A DNA stretch of 62,389 nucleotides, filler included, from Pirum gemmata (GCA_002812295.1; 22 parts of 22 records of this genome joined end to end with filler, not necessarily neighbours in it); one strand, 5' to 3'; positions 23,966-37,787 are shown, counted from the whole stretch's first letter. The notes: a model not told the origin generated them from the sequence alone. A program made the numbers and translations.

Positions 23966-25060
23966 GCGTTGAATTCACTTATTATGGCTTCGATGTAATG
24001 TTCTTTGCCCGGTTGTTGGATTGCTTCTGTGAATGTGAGGTGTGAGTGATAGGTGGATTGGTGTATTATTTCTGTCAATTGTGTTGTTTGTTTTGCTTTC
24101 CAATCTACTACTGCGTTATTGTACAGTGTATAGTAACCTATTGTAGCCTTGGCGCCCGGTAAGTCGGCCATCGATGAATCGGTATATAGAATTAATTTGT
24201 CGTCTTTGTGTGTGCTACGTTTGGGGAAACTAATGCCATAGTGACTAGTGTTGAATAGATATTGTAGCGTGCGTATAGCAGCGTCGACATATTGTTGGGT
24301 TGGGTTGGCGCAGTGTGTGGCCAATTTGTGTGTGAGCGGAGTATGCTACGTCTGGTCTTGTGCTATCTGCTAGGTATCGTATAATTCCGATGTACATAAG
24401 GAATAATTTGCGTAGCTTTTTGGATATGTGATGGTTGTTGTGCGCTGATTGTTTGATGAGTTTTACAAAGGTGGTTGCCATTGGTGTGCTGATTTTGGTG
24501 TTGATTGGTATTTGACATTAGGTTATGATGTATGTATTGCTGTTGGTTTGGTGTATTTTCGTATGAATGTCACTTAGCTGTATTTCCATGCCGATTATAA
24601 CCTGTGCTTCTCCTAAGTGTTTCAGTGGGTACTGTTTGTTAATGGCGTCGATCAGTGCAGTGTCTGGTCCGAATTTGTATATGTCGTCTACACACAGTCC
24701 TACTTCTGTTTTTCCATCAGGTGATATGGCTATGCATGATTCCACAGGGTGTATGGTATAGTTGTGTTGTCGTATTACCTTACTCATGCCTTGGTTAAAT
24801 AGCATGGATGCGTCAGGCTTGCCATACATGGCTACGCCGACCTATATGGCACATTGAAATTGGTCGTTCGGGTCGTACTGTCGTGCTAGTAAGTTTTGCT
24901 GTTCCGGTGATAGTATTTCTTTGATTAAGTGTATGCCTTGGGTAATATTAATGTATGTTGGGGTTGGTGTGGGTGTGTGAGACGCCGTAGTGCTGAATTG
25001 GTTGATTAGTTTTGGCCGAATGTGCTTGCTACGCATGTGTTGCTTCAGGAGGGGTGAGAA
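23966..25060 (-). pseudogene. Ty1/copia LTR-retrotransposon reverse transcriptase-RNase H relic
   Basis: Copia motifs in order: MYGKPDA (LYGLKQA), GLCVDD (YVDD), HLGEAQVIIGMEI, IGIIRYLADSTRPDVAYS, PTQQYVDAAIRTLQYL, LYTDSSMAD, TIGYY...VVDWKAKQ. There is an in-frame TAG at about 24844 and there are frameshifts. Confidence 0.92.
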
Positions 25061-27666
25061 CTCTTATGGCGAAATTTTTTGACCGAGGCACAAAGTAAAT
25101 GTTGTTCGCCTGTTTCGCCTTACCATATTTAGTATTTGTAATTATTTATTTAGTAGCNNNNNNNNNNNNNNNNNNNNNNNNNNNNNNNNNNNNNNNNNNN
25201 NNNNNNNNNNNNNNNNNNNNNNNNNNNNNNNNNNNNNNNNNNNNNNNNNNNNNNNNNNNNNNNNNNNNNNNNNNNNNNNNNNNNNNNNNNNNNNNNNNNN
25301 NNNNNNNNNNNNNNNNNNNNNNNNNNNNNNNNNNNNNNNNNNNNNNNNNNNNNNNNNNNNTTAAATATTGTAAAAATTGTTTTGTGAAATTTAGAAGTAA
25401 TTTTATTCAAAAGTTCCATTCTATTTCTGCCTTTTATACTTTTTCATAATTCTAAATTTTCTCTCTTTTTAATCTTAGCCCTTTTTGATTGGTACAAATA
25501 ATCAGGGGTGATTTTTCAACCATGGGGTATTTTCGTCATCCATCCTGTAACAATTTTTACAATATTTATTTTACATTTTTTTCTAATAATTTTTTTCTAA
25601 TAAAAATATTCACAATAATATATCCCTTTTTATTTATATTATCATCCACAAAACACTCAAACACTTATCTTTATCGTTGGCAACAATAGAAGTAATTTTA
25701 TTCAAAAGTTCCATTCTATTTCTGCCTTTTATATTTTTTCATACTTCTAAATTTTCTCTCTTTTTAATCTTAGCCCTTTTTGATTAGTACAAATAATCAG
25801 GGGTGATTTTTCAACCATGGGGTATTTTCGTCATCCATCCTGGGGTAATTTCAATTTTATCTGGAAAAGCCCCAAAAGTTCCCCACAACCAAACATTTCA
25901 AACATTACATCATTTGTTCTTCTCATATTATTTTTCTTACATCATTTTCCNNNNNNNNNNNNNNNNNNNNNNNNNNNNNNNNNNNNNNNNNNNNTTAATT
26001 AATTAANNNNNNNNNNNNNNNNNNNNNNNNNNNNNNNNNNNNNNNNNNNNGCCCCCATTGCGGGAAAAATAGTTCCCCATTTTCATGCTTGCTAAGAAAG
26101 AAAAGCATCGGGCTGACCTAGTGTTCAGTAGGCTTCACGCAATCAATAAAAAAAAGCGTAAAATTAGTGTATTTCTACAAATTAATGATTTTTCACCGAC
26201 TTCAGTTGGTAAGTGATCGATTCTTTTGTCAGTTTCGAGCATTCATAATAAATTCTCATTTTACACTCCGTTCGCTGTTCGTTTATATATATATAAAAAA
26301 ATTCACTCCTAAAATAATGAAATTGGCGATATTTTAGGGCAATCCCTTAAAAAAGAGAATTTTTTGTTATTTTTTAAGGAGCAAGAGAATTAGTACTAGT
26401 TTTATATTCGGCCGTTTTGATTTTACTATCTGTTGATAACGAATCAAAAGTGATTTCTTTACTGGTACTGTTGTAAAACAAGCCATGAGTAGTGGTCGTA
26501 ATGAATGCAGCCCAATTGAAAGTAAGCGCATTCATATAAATAGGATTTTAATACCCTAAAATAATGAAAATGGCGATATTTTAGGGCAATCCCTTAAAAA
26601 AGAGAATTTTTTGTTATTTTTAATAGAAAAATGATGAATTTATATATATATATATATATATATATCCGCTGGCTGCTGTTGTTAATATACAAATACATAA
26701 AAAGAAAAAAAAATAAAAGGGAGTGGAAATTGGCTAAATATGCATTTTTTTTAATTAATTTGTCTCACCACAAAAATGCTCGTTCAATTAACGATTTTTC
26801 ACTGACTTCAGTTAGTAAATGATCATTTTTTGTTAGTTTCGAGCCTTCCAAATAACTTTCATTTTAGACCCCGTTAGCCGCACGTTCGTAAACTAACCCA
26901 AAAAAACTCACTCATCTCACCAAAAAAAAAGCTCGTTCAACTTTTTTAATAATCACTTAAACCCAAGTCAGGAAAAAAAGTCAAGGTTATTTATTCATTT
27001 TTATCAAGTACATTAAAACCATGTATTGATATATAGTGCTGGGAGATACGGGAATCATAATCGAATCAAACAGCTCGATCCTAATAATAAAATTAGTGAC
27101 AATTTTGAAATGATATTCTTTATTTTTTTTTTTCGAGTTTCAAGTTTTTTCTATTAAATTTCTAAGATTTTTTTATAAAAATTTAATAGAATGAAAAGTG
27201 AGTCAATCAATAAATTAGATCGAAAAATTTCGAACTATTCTCGATTCGATGTTTTTTCCCATATCTCTTTGTTCATTTATATTGTCACTCTTGATTATTT
27301 ATTTGGCGGTTCATAACCTTTGTAACTGACTTTTTAAATTAAAAAGATAGCATACCATAATAAAAAAGAATTTACTTTGTATTAATTTTGTTACTTTGTA
27401 TTGTGTACTACCTATCATAACTACCTACCTACCTACCTACCCAACTAACAAACTAACCAGCTAACTAACCAACTAACTAACTAATTAATTAACCAACTAA
27501 CTAATTAACTAAAGAAAATCTAATTGTTTCCTAATAAAGATTTTTAATATATTTCAAGAAAAAAGATAACAAGGACGGTGTTAAAGGTATTAAAAGAATG
27601 GGTAAAATAATTATAAGGGGCAAGACCAATTTATTTCTAACTTGTAATAATATAATAATAATACAA

Positions 27667-28349
<683 letters not shown>

Positions 28350-28463
28350 TTAGTATTGGTATTATTAAACAGAAACAGAAAATAATTAAAAAAATACTGT
28401 AAAAAAAATAAGGAGGATGAATTTAATTAAATTTAATTAAATTTAATTAAATTAAATTGCAAC

Positions 28464-28559
28464 TCACAAGAAAGTAGTTCATAATCAGGTAAATGTGTTT
28501 CCTCAAAAAAAATTTGGAAAGCAATTGAGAATTTCATAATCATAACCACAATCTTGTGA
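28464..28559 (-). ncRNA. Candidate intronic structured RNA (box C/D snoRNA-like) upstream of the UBA52 ATG
   Basis: Terminal stem TCACAAGA/TCTTGTGA plus inner GTGGTT/AACTAC, a variant C box ATGATTA and a D box CTGA. It lies upstream of the acceptor (caacag|GAAAATG) just before the start codon. No target identified. Confidence 0.25.
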
Positions 28560-29029
28560 ATAATGGTGGCAATGGTAGTAGTAGTAGTAATAATAAATAA
28601 TAANNNNNNNNNNNNNNNNNNNNNNNNNNNNNNNNNNNNNNNNNNNNNNNNNNNNNNNNNNNNATAATCAAACATTATTATTATTATTATTATTATTATT
28701 AACAATTATATTAAATTGTGATTATTATAATTATATTTACGAAAAAAAAGAATGTAATAATGCTATATTACTATAAAAAATTCATCTATTATACTTGTTA
28801 TCAAAAATAATTAACAATGTAATATAATGTAATAATTAATTTACTTATTATCAAAATAATGCAACAATACAATAAAAAAATAGTGTAACGATAATGTATA
28901 ACAATACGAATAATTGAATAATCGAATAATAGAAATTATGGTGTTATTTTTATTAACTTATCATTGTTTTTATTTTATTAATATTACAATATCATTGTAA
29001 TAGTATTTTCGTATTTTCGTATTGTTATA

Positions 29030-29278
29030 TAGTTGTATTGTTGTATTGATGTATAGTTGTATTGTTGTATTGTTGTATTGTTGTATTGTTGTATTGTTGT
29101 ATTGTTGTATTGTTGTATTGTTGTATTGTTGTATTGTTGTATTGTTGTATTGTTGTATTGTTGTATTGTTGTATTGTTGTATTGTTGTATTGTTGTATTG
29201 TTGTATTGTTGTATTGTTGTATTGTTGTATTGTTACATTGTTACATTGTTACATTGTTGTATTGTTGTATTGTTGTAA
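29030..29278. repeat. (TTGTATTG)n 8-mer minisatellite
   Basis: Directly visible. Confidence 0.95.
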
Positions 29279-29904
29279 TGCTGCCTTCCTTATCTTTCTT
29301 GAAATTTTGTTAACTTTTACTTATATAACTATATTATATTATTATTTTTATAATGACTATGATTATTGTTATTACTATTATCATCAATATCACTATTATT
29401 ATTATTATTACATCATTATTTCTACTATAACATAATAGAGCAATATTACAACAATACATACTTCAACAATACTGTAATACTAATCATTGTATTATCTAAA
29501 GATAAATAAATAAATAAGAACTCCTTACATTCAACTGGGTCTCAAGACTGTTCATGTTTACTCTTGGTCTCTCAATCTTATTTGTGGTGATCGTGGTTGA
29601 TGCTGATGTTGATGTCGATGTTGATGATATTGTTGTTGATGTTGTTGTTGTTGGATGTGGATGTGGATGTGGATGTGGATGTGGATGGGTGTGGGTGTGG
29701 GTGTGGGTGTGGGTGTGCTATTCTATTATAATTACGCGGAAGTACGGCTTCACATTTACTTGGGTTGGGTGAATCGTTCCCCACTAAAGATAAAGGTGTT
29801 GCTGGTGGCAGTAGTAGAAGTAGTTGTACTAATAATAGTGGCAGTACTAGCAATGTTTAAGTGGTAGTAGTAGGAGTAGGAGTAGGAGTAGTAGAAATAG
29901 TAGG

Positions 29905-29942
<38 letters not shown>

Positions 29943-30015
29943 CTAGTAGTAGTAAATGGTAATAGCAGCAGCAGCAGTGGTGGTGGAAGTGGTGGTGGTG
30001 GTGGTGGTGGTGGTC

Positions 30016-30056
<41 letters not shown>

Positions 30057-30077
30057 TAGTAGTAGTGTAGTAGTAGT

Positions 30078-30206
<129 letters not shown>

Positions 30207-31463
30207 ATGTTATATTATTAGTAATGGTAGAGATAGTAGTAATAATAGTAGATTAGTGGTAGGCAGTGGCAGTAGTAGTAGTAGTGGTGGTGGTGGTTGT
30301 ATTGATAACAAGGTAAAAAGAGTTTGGTAAGAAATAACTTTCTGCTGATGAAGGGTAATAATCAATAAGAATAGCATACTAACGTTTTCCGAACTAACCC
30401 TTTAGAATTGCATTTCAATTCAGTATTAATACTCTTCAAAAGCAATCTTCGTTAATATCAGCAGCAGCATAGTTTACAAATTGCATTGTGCACATAACAA
30501 TAACAACAAAAGCAATAACAATAAAATAACAATAACAATAAGAAAATAATAATAATAATATTTTTAAATAATATCATCGAAATAAAGAAGAAATAACGAG
30601 TAACCTGATGATAGCAACCTAATGTATAATAATATAGAAAATGAAAAAAATACAACCTAATAATAATAATAATATATAANNNNNNNNNNNNNNNNNNNNN
30701 NNNNNNNNNNNNNNNNNNNNNNNTTAATTAATTAANNNNNNNNNNNNNNNNNNNNNNNNNNNNNNNNNNNNNNNNNNNNATATACTTGTATGTGTGTTTG
30801 TGTGTGCAAATAAGTGCAAATAAGTCTGTGTGCGTGCAAATATGTTTGTGCAAATATGTTTACGTGCAAGTTTTTTTGTGTAAATATATTGTGTTTCCCT
30901 AGCTGTGTTTTCTTTTTTGTTTGCTTGCTAATATTGATATTTAATTATTTGTGAATACCACGTGCACTAAACAACACAACGAAATTTAATGACTGTGACT
31001 CTCAATGACTATTGATATGATAGACTATATTACCATAGCTATATTACCATGGACACAAACAGGAACTTTACACGAGTTTTATCATACAAGCAGTATACAA
31101 GCCTTGCTTTGCAATGAGTTTGTTCATTTCAGTTATTTTGTCATCATAAAATCAACAATAAATAGTACCAAATTAATACAATATAAATCCATTTAATTTA
31201 ATTTGGTATGTTTTATTATTTATATATATATTTAAAAATATCAAATTAAATATTATAATCAACCAAATAAATATAGTCTAGCTAGCTACTAGCTCGCTAC
31301 TAGCTAGACTAGTCTACTAGACCTAGCTACTAGACAGTCTAGCTAGACTAGTCAGCCAATATTAATTAATACCCTTCACTACTCGTAGTAGCTGGTAGAC
31401 TACTAGGCCCAACAAAGTTGCCTACTATTAGACAAAGTTGAACGTATTTTAATTAACTACGTC

Positions 31464-33046
31464 AGTGGGTTGGATGGAAGATACACACATGGCAGTGCCT
31501 TACTGTATGCTATTTATTATTTTTGTTCTGTTTCTAAAAATGAGCTTCTCCTTCAAACCTGTACAAGTCGCTTACAAAAATGGTCTCAAGTATCTGGTCC
31601 CCCCAAGGTTTCTGCATGAACACCTATACATAACTTTGTTATTATAAAACGCGGAATGGTTGCTTCCATCCAACCCACTTTTACACTCGCAGAAGCCCGA
31701 AATTTTAACTACTGACTTTAGTGTATATTTCTTTTATGTCCCCGTTTTGTTCCCTTATTTTTCGGATAGTTAATATTTTAATTAAAGTCATATAAACAGA
31801 GTAAGTACTTCCGGCTTGTGACCTGGGAATTTTACCATAAAATCTATATAATAAGTATGGTCTTCCTGTCTATAAATAATAGCATGTACTGCCGTTTCAG
31901 CTGAATCGTTAACTTCCTTTACAATTTTGATCTCTGAATGACATGATGGATAAAAACTTAGCAAAGAAAAAAATTTCTCTCCATACCTCTTTCAAACTGG
32001 TTATTATACTTTGGTGTTAAATAGGTCAAGATATCTGGTTTCTTCAAAACAAGTTTCTTTGGCCATTTTTCTATTGCCATAGGTAAAAAGGATATGCCAA
32101 ATATTCTTTAGGTACAGGTCTTGTTTTCATATTCAACTTTTTAATTAGAGATTCAGGTGTTGAATAGTATTGTTCTGTGTTCACATTTATATTTCCAATT
32201 CTGTGCGCATGCATTTTGTGTTCATCAAGGTTGGATACATCTAAACCATTCATCATTTCACAAGACAATGGGTTTTCAGAAAATACAAGCCCATTTCGTA
32301 CATGGATATTAAAAAGCGTGTTAGTACTTCAATATAAAAGAGTATACTATCATTGGGTATGGTTTGGAGTACTTCTTCACAACACCTTATTAGCACATTT
32401 ACGATTTCCTTTTCAACGCGATTAACGCAAATTTTCTAGATCTTGTTTCTCCAACTTGCAAGAAATGAGTATAATCCTGATCACGAATTAAACAAAATAA
32501 AAGAAAAGATTGTTCCGAATGACCACTTTTTTTGAATTAAAATTGTCTATCAATCGGCGTAAACGCTACACAGTCTAATCGGCGTCCAGATTTTACATTA
32601 CACGTACGGAATCGTAATAGAACTGGCACATTGCTCATTGAGTGATCATAATTGTCAGTTATTATTGAATCTTTCATTCTTTTTGGCTAAATAAACTAAC
32701 ATTGTATCTGCCTACCACGTAGTCAATATCATGTATTACTAACACTTCCATGGCCAACTTGCACATTTCCCAAGTCCGCCTAATCGTTTTTTTTTGTTTC
32801 GTTCATTATGTTCATTTTTTTCATTGGTGGGTATTTCCCATCGAAAACAAAACAAGTTGTTTTGCTTTTGTGGAATGCAGTTTCAATTTTGTCAAGTAAA
32901 GCTAAGAATTGTGCAGCTATAGCATGGGCGAGACATAATGGTATTAACTTTCTTTCAATGATGCTTTCATATGCTTCATTGAAGTCCATTATTCCTGATG
33001 TATTACTACCTTTCGTAGAGGGGGCAAGTTCCGGCTCGCTCACCAC
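31464..33046 (-). pseudogene. Decayed intronless gene: FEN1/XPG/EXO1-family nuclease followed by a SWIM zinc finger; last ~200 bp inverted
   Basis: Minus strand: CFVFDGKYPPMKK..EHNER (XPG-N, about 32850), EVLVIHDIDYVV-ADTMLVYLAKK...IMITQ (XPG-I, about 32740-32645), DQDYTHFLQVGETRSRKF (H3TH-like, about 32480), FYGKIPRSQAGSTYSVYM...ISGFCECKSGLDG. It continues on the plus strand from 31464: SGLDGRYTHGSALLYAI...TCTSRLQKW. Many frameshifts and stops. Confidence 0.75.
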
Positions 33047-33554
33047 TGGTGGATTATTTGCACTACTACTACTACTAACCTCATTGTCAATAGTGTTATT
33101 AATAGTGTTATTATTATTATCAATAATATTATTATTATCAATAATATTATTATTATTATTACTATTATTATTATTAATATTATTATTAATATTATTAATA
33201 TTATTATTATTATTATTATCGATATCATTATCGTTATCATGACTACTAGCCCCATTGTCAATAGTGTTATTAATACTAGTGCTGTTATTATTATTACTAT
33301 TACTATTATTACTNNNNNNNNNNNNNNNNNNNNNNNNNNNNNNNNNNNNNNNNNNNNTTAATTAATTAANNNNNNNNNNNNNNNNNNNNNNNNNNNNNNN
33401 NNNNNNNNNNNNNAACCCCTAACCCCTAACCCCTAACCCCTCAACACTATCCTTTACAATCCTTACAACACTCTATACTTAACTATCATATCCTAACAGT
33501 TTAACCCAAACCCTAACCAGTTCCTAACCCTAACTAAAAGTTGGAAAATACTAG

Positions 33555-33734
33555 GGTATGGAACGTGAATGGCTTACGTTTACGTGGTATGTGGATCCTA
33601 GTAGATCCGGAAAGTTTTGTGACTTGGGGAATCTAGAAGATGTTGTCTTTTTAGAGATATATGATTCGAAGATAACAAACAAAACATTAAAAAAACTGTT
33701 TTATTGGAGAAAAATGCACAAAATTGGCTACTAA
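33555..33734 (+). CDS. Probable terminal exon (59 aa) of an unknown gene
   Basis: After a CCCTAA-rich tract and a ctag acceptor: GMEREWLTFTWYVDPSRSGKFCDLGNLEDVVFLEIYDSKITNKTLKKLFYWRKMHKIGY*. Confidence 0.45.
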   Translation, partial: GMEREWLTFTWYVDPSRSGKFCDLGNLEDVVFLEIYDSKITNKTLKKLFYWRKMHKIGY

Positions 33735-35059
33735 TAACTTCTAAATAGTTTCTATATATGAAAAAAAGAAATTTCTATATATGAAAAAAGAAATTATAAT
33801 AAAGTAATTTTTAAACTCGTTCAACGACTCAACGCACAATAAAAATTTGTGATTATTATGGTTTACAAACTGTTTCCCAAGTTTTACAATACATTTGTAA
33901 TTTTTTTTTGCTATATTTTGTGCTTAATTTTGTGCTATATTTTTTTATTTATATTAGGGTTAGGGTTTGGGTAAGAGCACTTGAACATTAAATGCTAATC
34001 TTTATCTAAACCCTGATAAGTACCTTAATCGTAAACCTAATTGTACTAACCATAAACATAACCCTAGCAGTCCCTTGCTCATAAACTAATTCTAACTCTA
34101 ACTTTAGCTAACTCTAACTCCACCTTTAACAAGCACAGTATACTACCCTAATCCTAATCCTAACCCTAACCCTAACCCTAACCCTAACCCTAACCCTAAC
34201 CCTAACCCTAACCCTAACCCTAACCCTAACCCTAACCCTAACCCTNTCTAACCCTAACCCTAACCCTAACCCTAACCCTAACCCTAACCCTAACCCTAAC
34301 CCTAACCCTAACCCTAACCCTAACCCTAACCCTAACCCTAACATTCCCCCTAACGTTAACCCTAAATACATAGGCTCTACCTTAACAGTAACCCTAACCC
34401 TAACCCTAACCCCTAAGCCCTAACCCAAACGTTACCCTAACTCTAACCATGACCATAATCATAACAGTCCCCTAACCCTAATCCTAATAATACCCCCTAT
34501 TATATATAACTTTTAATCCACAATACATATACGTTTTGTAACCCTAACTCTAACTATAACCATAATCATAACAGTTCCCTAACCCTAATCCTAATAGTAC
34601 CCCCTAATATTTATAACTTAATCCACAATACATATACTCTAAAGTTTTTCCATGTTCGGATGATGTTCTTGTTTTGTTATAGCTTTTTTAGCATATCTTG
34701 TTGTGCTTTTCTTTCTTTCTTATTTTTTTGGTCTGTTCTCTCCCAATCCAGTATTTTGTGGTTTTTAATATTTATATTTAATTAGTGGAAATTGCATCAC
34801 CCGAAATAAAACATAATCAATAACAATAACAATAAAAATAACAATAACAATAACAATAGTAATAACAATAACAATAGCAATAGCAATAACAGTAACAATA
34901 ATTAATAACAGTCAATAGCATTTTTATTTTTATTTTTAAAAAAAAAAAAAAAATAATGATGCTGTCATTATTACGTGTGATGCAGTTTCCACGAATTAAA
35001 AAATAGTTAATTGTCGAATCAGATTGAGTATTTATGTAAATGACATAACTACAAAAAAT

Positions 35060-35545
35060 AAAATAAAATAAATTGAACAAAATGAACTCGAAATTTTCAT
35101 GATCATTAATACTCAATAGGTTTTTTATTATTGAAATTCGATATAGTTGGAAAAATATCGAGCATTTATAGTTGCACCAATCATATTTTTCTTTTGACGT
35201 CATTATGTCCGATTCTGGGAACCTGTTCGCGCTTGATCGACAGTTTTTTTTTTTGACGATGTATTATTGTTCAATAAAATAAAAAAATTGAACAAAATGA
35301 ACTCGAAATTTTCATGATCATTAATACTCCATAGGTTTTTTATTATTGAAATTCGATATAGTTGGAAAAATATCGAGCATTCATAGTTCTGTGCGTGTTG
35401 TACCAATCAAATATCGGGAAATTATAGTTCTGTGCTATTTAGAATATATTTTTTTATAGTTTTATAGAACTGCTTGTGGCACCTGTTCGCGCTTATTGGT
35501 CAATAAAATAAAAAAATTGAACAAAATGAACTCGAAATTATCATT
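35060..35545. repeat. Local duplications (about 130-bp unit, two full copies and one partial)
   Basis: aaattgaacaaaatgaactcgaaatt... recurs at about 35070, 35285 and 35513. Confidence 0.8.
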
Positions 35546-36686
35546 ATGGTGCATTACACCTATGAATTACCAACTTTTGGCGAAACTGGATTTAGAATCA
35601 TCTTTAGCTCAAAAGAAAAGGTTTGATGGCACTTGGGAGTGGAAAAAATGTAAGTTCAAACATATAATTATATGTTCGAAAATAATAATAATAAAAAAAA
35701 AATGTTGAGAATAATCGATTTTAATCTTCCCTCTAATCATAATATTATGTTCGAATCATAATACGATATAATATTATAACAATACGAAGTATAATACAAT
35801 ACAATACAATATCATACAATATAATTAGCATAACACAACACAATACAACACAACACAATACAATGCAATACAATACAATACAATTAATACAATACAATAT
35901 AATACAATACAATACAATACAATACNNNNNNNNNNNNNNNNNNNNNNNNNNNNNNNNNNNNNNNNNNNNTTAATTAATTAANNNNNNNNNNNNNNNNNNN
36001 NNNNNNNNNNNNNNNNNNNNNNNNNAACACAGACCCAGAAACAGACACAAACGCATAACACACATAACACACATACACCACACACACATACACACACGCA
36101 AACACACACATACCTATACACACAACACACATACACACAACACACATATATGTACACACACATAAACACAGACACAACACACACAGACACACAGACCCAC
36201 AAACACACACATAACAAATTAGACATAACCCACACCCATACCCATACTCACACCCATACCCCACATTATAATCATTACAAAATCATAGAGTTATCATAGT
36301 TATTTAGTAAAGTTTATCTTCGCATATATAAATAAATTTAGTAGTTAGTTGGTAGGGTATTAATATTATCTCATGGTTAATGCTGGTTATTATTATTCAG
36401 CTTTATTTTATCGTATGTGTGTATATTATCGCAGTCCGACTTGTTTGATTGTTGTTGGGAAGTTTGATATTGATGGGTCGGAGTGCTTTTCACTTATAGC
36501 ACCCTGGGTTAAAATTAATTATATTATTATTAATATAAAATTTACGTTTTACTTGGTTAAAAGTATAATCAGAAATACAATGTGTATTATGCACATTTAT
36601 ATTAATAGGTGTTTATAAGTTAAATATATTGTGTTGCAGTTGGAATAAAGCCATTACTAGTATTAGAACTGGTACAGGTATGAGTA

Positions 36687-36791
36687 TTAGTTTCGAAATA
36701 TCTCGAAATGTCCGTTTATTGCTGCTTTATCCATGGCTCTATATGTACAACCTTCAGTTCTGTTATTGTTTAACCATTGCACACATATAAG
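36687..36791 (-). pseudogene. Single ankyrin-repeat remnant of the 'RTEGCT...AMD.AA.NGH' subtype
   Basis: Translation LICVQWLNNNRTEGCTYRAMDKAAINGHFEIFRN*, bounded by stops on both sides. Confidence 0.7.
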
Positions 36792-37097
36792 TTACACTTG
36801 GTGAATGACTGTAACTATAAATTGTGTTAATTTTTATAGCAACAATGATATAATAAAATCTACTATATATAATATTTATTATATACAAAGGTGACTGCAT
36901 AGAAATATAGTAACCGTATTATAAAATTGTTTGGTTAAAATATTATTAATTTATTTAATTATTAATGTACTTATTTACTTATGATATTAATTAAATGGTA
37001 TTTTTTTTGGCGTCTATGGACATTGTATCTATAGCTATTTTGTAATTTATTATCAACACAGAAGTCGAGTTCTTATTTTATTGATCAAGTATTAATA

Positions 37098-37510
37098 TTG
37101 TGCTTTTCATTTATTTTGTCATTCCGAATATTTATTTGGTTGTTTATAATATTTAAATTGATACTTTTAAATAAATAAATATATAATAAAATATACCAAA
37201 TTANNNNNNNNNNNNNNNNNNNNNNNNNNNNNNNNNNNNNNNNNNNNNNNNNNNNNNNNNNNNNNNNNNNNNNNNNNNNNNNNNNNNNNNNNNNNNNNNN
37301 NNNNNNNNNNNNNNNNNNNNNNNNNNNNNNNNNNNNNNNNNNNNNNNNNNNNNNNNNNNNNNNNNNNNNNNNNNNNNNNNNNNNTTAAATTGACATTTTT
37401 AAATCAATAAATAGATAATAAAATATACCAAATTAAATTAAATGGATTTATATTGTATTAATTTGGTACTATTTATTGTTTATTTTATAATGACAAAACA
37501 AATGAAAAGC
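37098..37510. mobile_element. MITE-like family C (about 190 bp; TIR GTGCTTTTCA(T/G)TTATTTTGTCA), the most abundant repeat in the window
   Basis: Both TIRs are seen around an N gap here. Other copies at about 11785-11931, 11990-12138, 27271-27405, 31121-31272, 54927-55098, 56213-56394, 60326-60522 and 60612-60763, with fragments in 16960-17960 and at 57055. Confidence 0.85.
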
Positions 37511-37742
37511 ACTACTAGACTAGTCTATACCTTTCTCCCACGTTGTACGCGAGAAGGGGATAATTTATGTAATAATAATAAAAAAATAATAACAATAACA
37601 ATAATAATAACCTGTAAATTATATGATAATATTTTGTTAAAAAAATGCTAGAAAAAATTGTATAAATAAAATTTCCCATAGGAGAAAATTATGTAAAATA
37701 AAATAAAATAAAATATATAATAAGGAGTTCTTGAATTTTATT

Positions 37743-37780
<38 letters not shown>

Positions 37781-37787
37781 AGTAATC

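Noticed and set aside
24830..24850. Stop-codon reassignment suggested by in-frame TAG/TAA in the copia and hAT frames
   Set aside because: Those relics also carry frameshifts. Conserved host exons contain no in-frame stops, and UBA52 and BAG end normally in TAA.
23591..25949. Flanking direct repeats as the copia LTRs
   Set aside because: I see no TG...CA ends, PBS or PPT; there are three copies of unequal extent; gag and integrase are absent.
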